DNA of 64,000 nucleotides from Entomortierella parvispora E1425 (Eukaryota; Fungi; Mortierellomycota): NCBI GenBank assembly GCA_020891255.1, contig BQFW01000007.1, positions 186,001 to 250,000 of the forward strand, read 5' to 3'. Shown piece by piece: positions 63,398 to 64,000 of this stretch (position 1 is its first letter; each line of letters starts with the position of its first letter). The notes under the pieces were generated by a model. It saw only the letters and a program-made list of their open reading frames with translations, ran no database searches and was not told where the DNA came from. The position numbers and the translations under genes were made by a program.

Positions 63398-63685
63398 ATG
63401 ATTTTCAACTTTTACAAGACACTTTTGGCCGCTTTCGTGGTTGCTGGTAAGTGAAACGCCAGAGGGATCCAACATTGTGCTTGTGGTCCAAATTGAATTT
63501 AACTTTTTGTAACCATTGTCTTTGCCTACACAGCTCTGGTCAGTCTGGTGCAGGCAAAATGCATTGCCGCGAACCAATCTTGCAAGAACACTAAACACAA
63601 GTGCTGCCCCGGCACCAAGTGCATCAACCGATACAAGGATGGCCTTATCTGCATGCGCCAGCCACCCAATGCTGGCAGCGCTTAA
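63398..63685 (+). CDS. Secreted 66-aa cystine-knot (knottin-like) peptide precursor
   Basis: Exon 1 63398-63446, intron 63447-63533 (gtaagt..cacag), exon 2 63534-63685. Translation: MIFNFYKTLLAAFVVAALVSLVQA-KCIAANQSCKNTKHKCCPGTKCINRYKDGLICMRQPPNAGSA; Cys spacing C-X6-C-X6-CC-X4-C-X9-C. Confidence 0.88.
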
Positions 63686-63820
63686 ACCGTTGACCTCTCC
63701 ACGACAACAACAGTAAAATAAAAAAAACATAAAAAAAAAAGAAGTGTTGTCGTGCAAGTCGCACAATCGTGAACCCCAACGTGAATATGAATTGATGGGC
63801 GCGTTTTTTTTTACAACAAC

Positions 63821-64000
63821 AGTGACGACGACCTCAGTCGGATGGACGGGCAGAAAGAGAGACAGAAACGCACCGCACTGATGCAGACCCAGGGAAGCAA
63901 CTGACGCCCAGCAATAAATCCAGGCACGGATCCCTGGTTACACAGACAGAGCACCGCCATGTCTATTTCTTCCTCTGTCCATCTGTCCGTCTGCCTTGTC
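63821..64000. repeat. Dispersed ~175-bp repeat, copy 2 (runs to the window edge)
   Basis: Near-identical to 31054-31227, with a few substitutions and small indels. Confidence 0.93.

Overview
Eukaryotic, intron-rich fungal DNA, most likely Mortierellaceae. This is inferred from a bacterial-type NRPS carrying spliceosomal introns, a multi-GCR1_C protein, a kelch-TM protein and poly-A/T-rich introns. I reconstructed about 17 genes by hand-splicing (GT..AG, phase-checked), because the ORF track fragments most of them. Ordinary genes: a GPI-anchored Ser/Thr-rich protein, malate synthase, a membrane-anchored GH17 glucanase, RMT2, a DED1-like helicase and a RhoGEF. Accessory content: (1) a GBP/atlastin-family pseudo-GTPase fused to three tandem UBR-box zinc fingers; (2) a four-module NRPS (C*-A-T-C-A-T-E/C-A-T-C-A-T-TE) containing a near-identical 4.45 kb internal duplication; (3) three consecutive secreted-protein genes: a serine beta-lactamase-family hydrolase, then two genes sharing an aerolysin-like motif, the second fused to a bulb-type lectin; (4) a 66-aa secreted cystine-knot peptide missed by the ORF track; (5) a pogo/Tc1-like MITE in a helicase intron, a dispersed ~175 bp repeat, a probable pseudo-RhoGAP, a four-GCR1_C protein, a 1949-aa repeat-rich disordered protein with a PAM2 motif, and a kelch-TM gene with two apparent lesions. 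All family assignments come from motif recognition by eye and remembered reference sequences; no database search was run. No tRNA, rRNA or CRISPR array was found.
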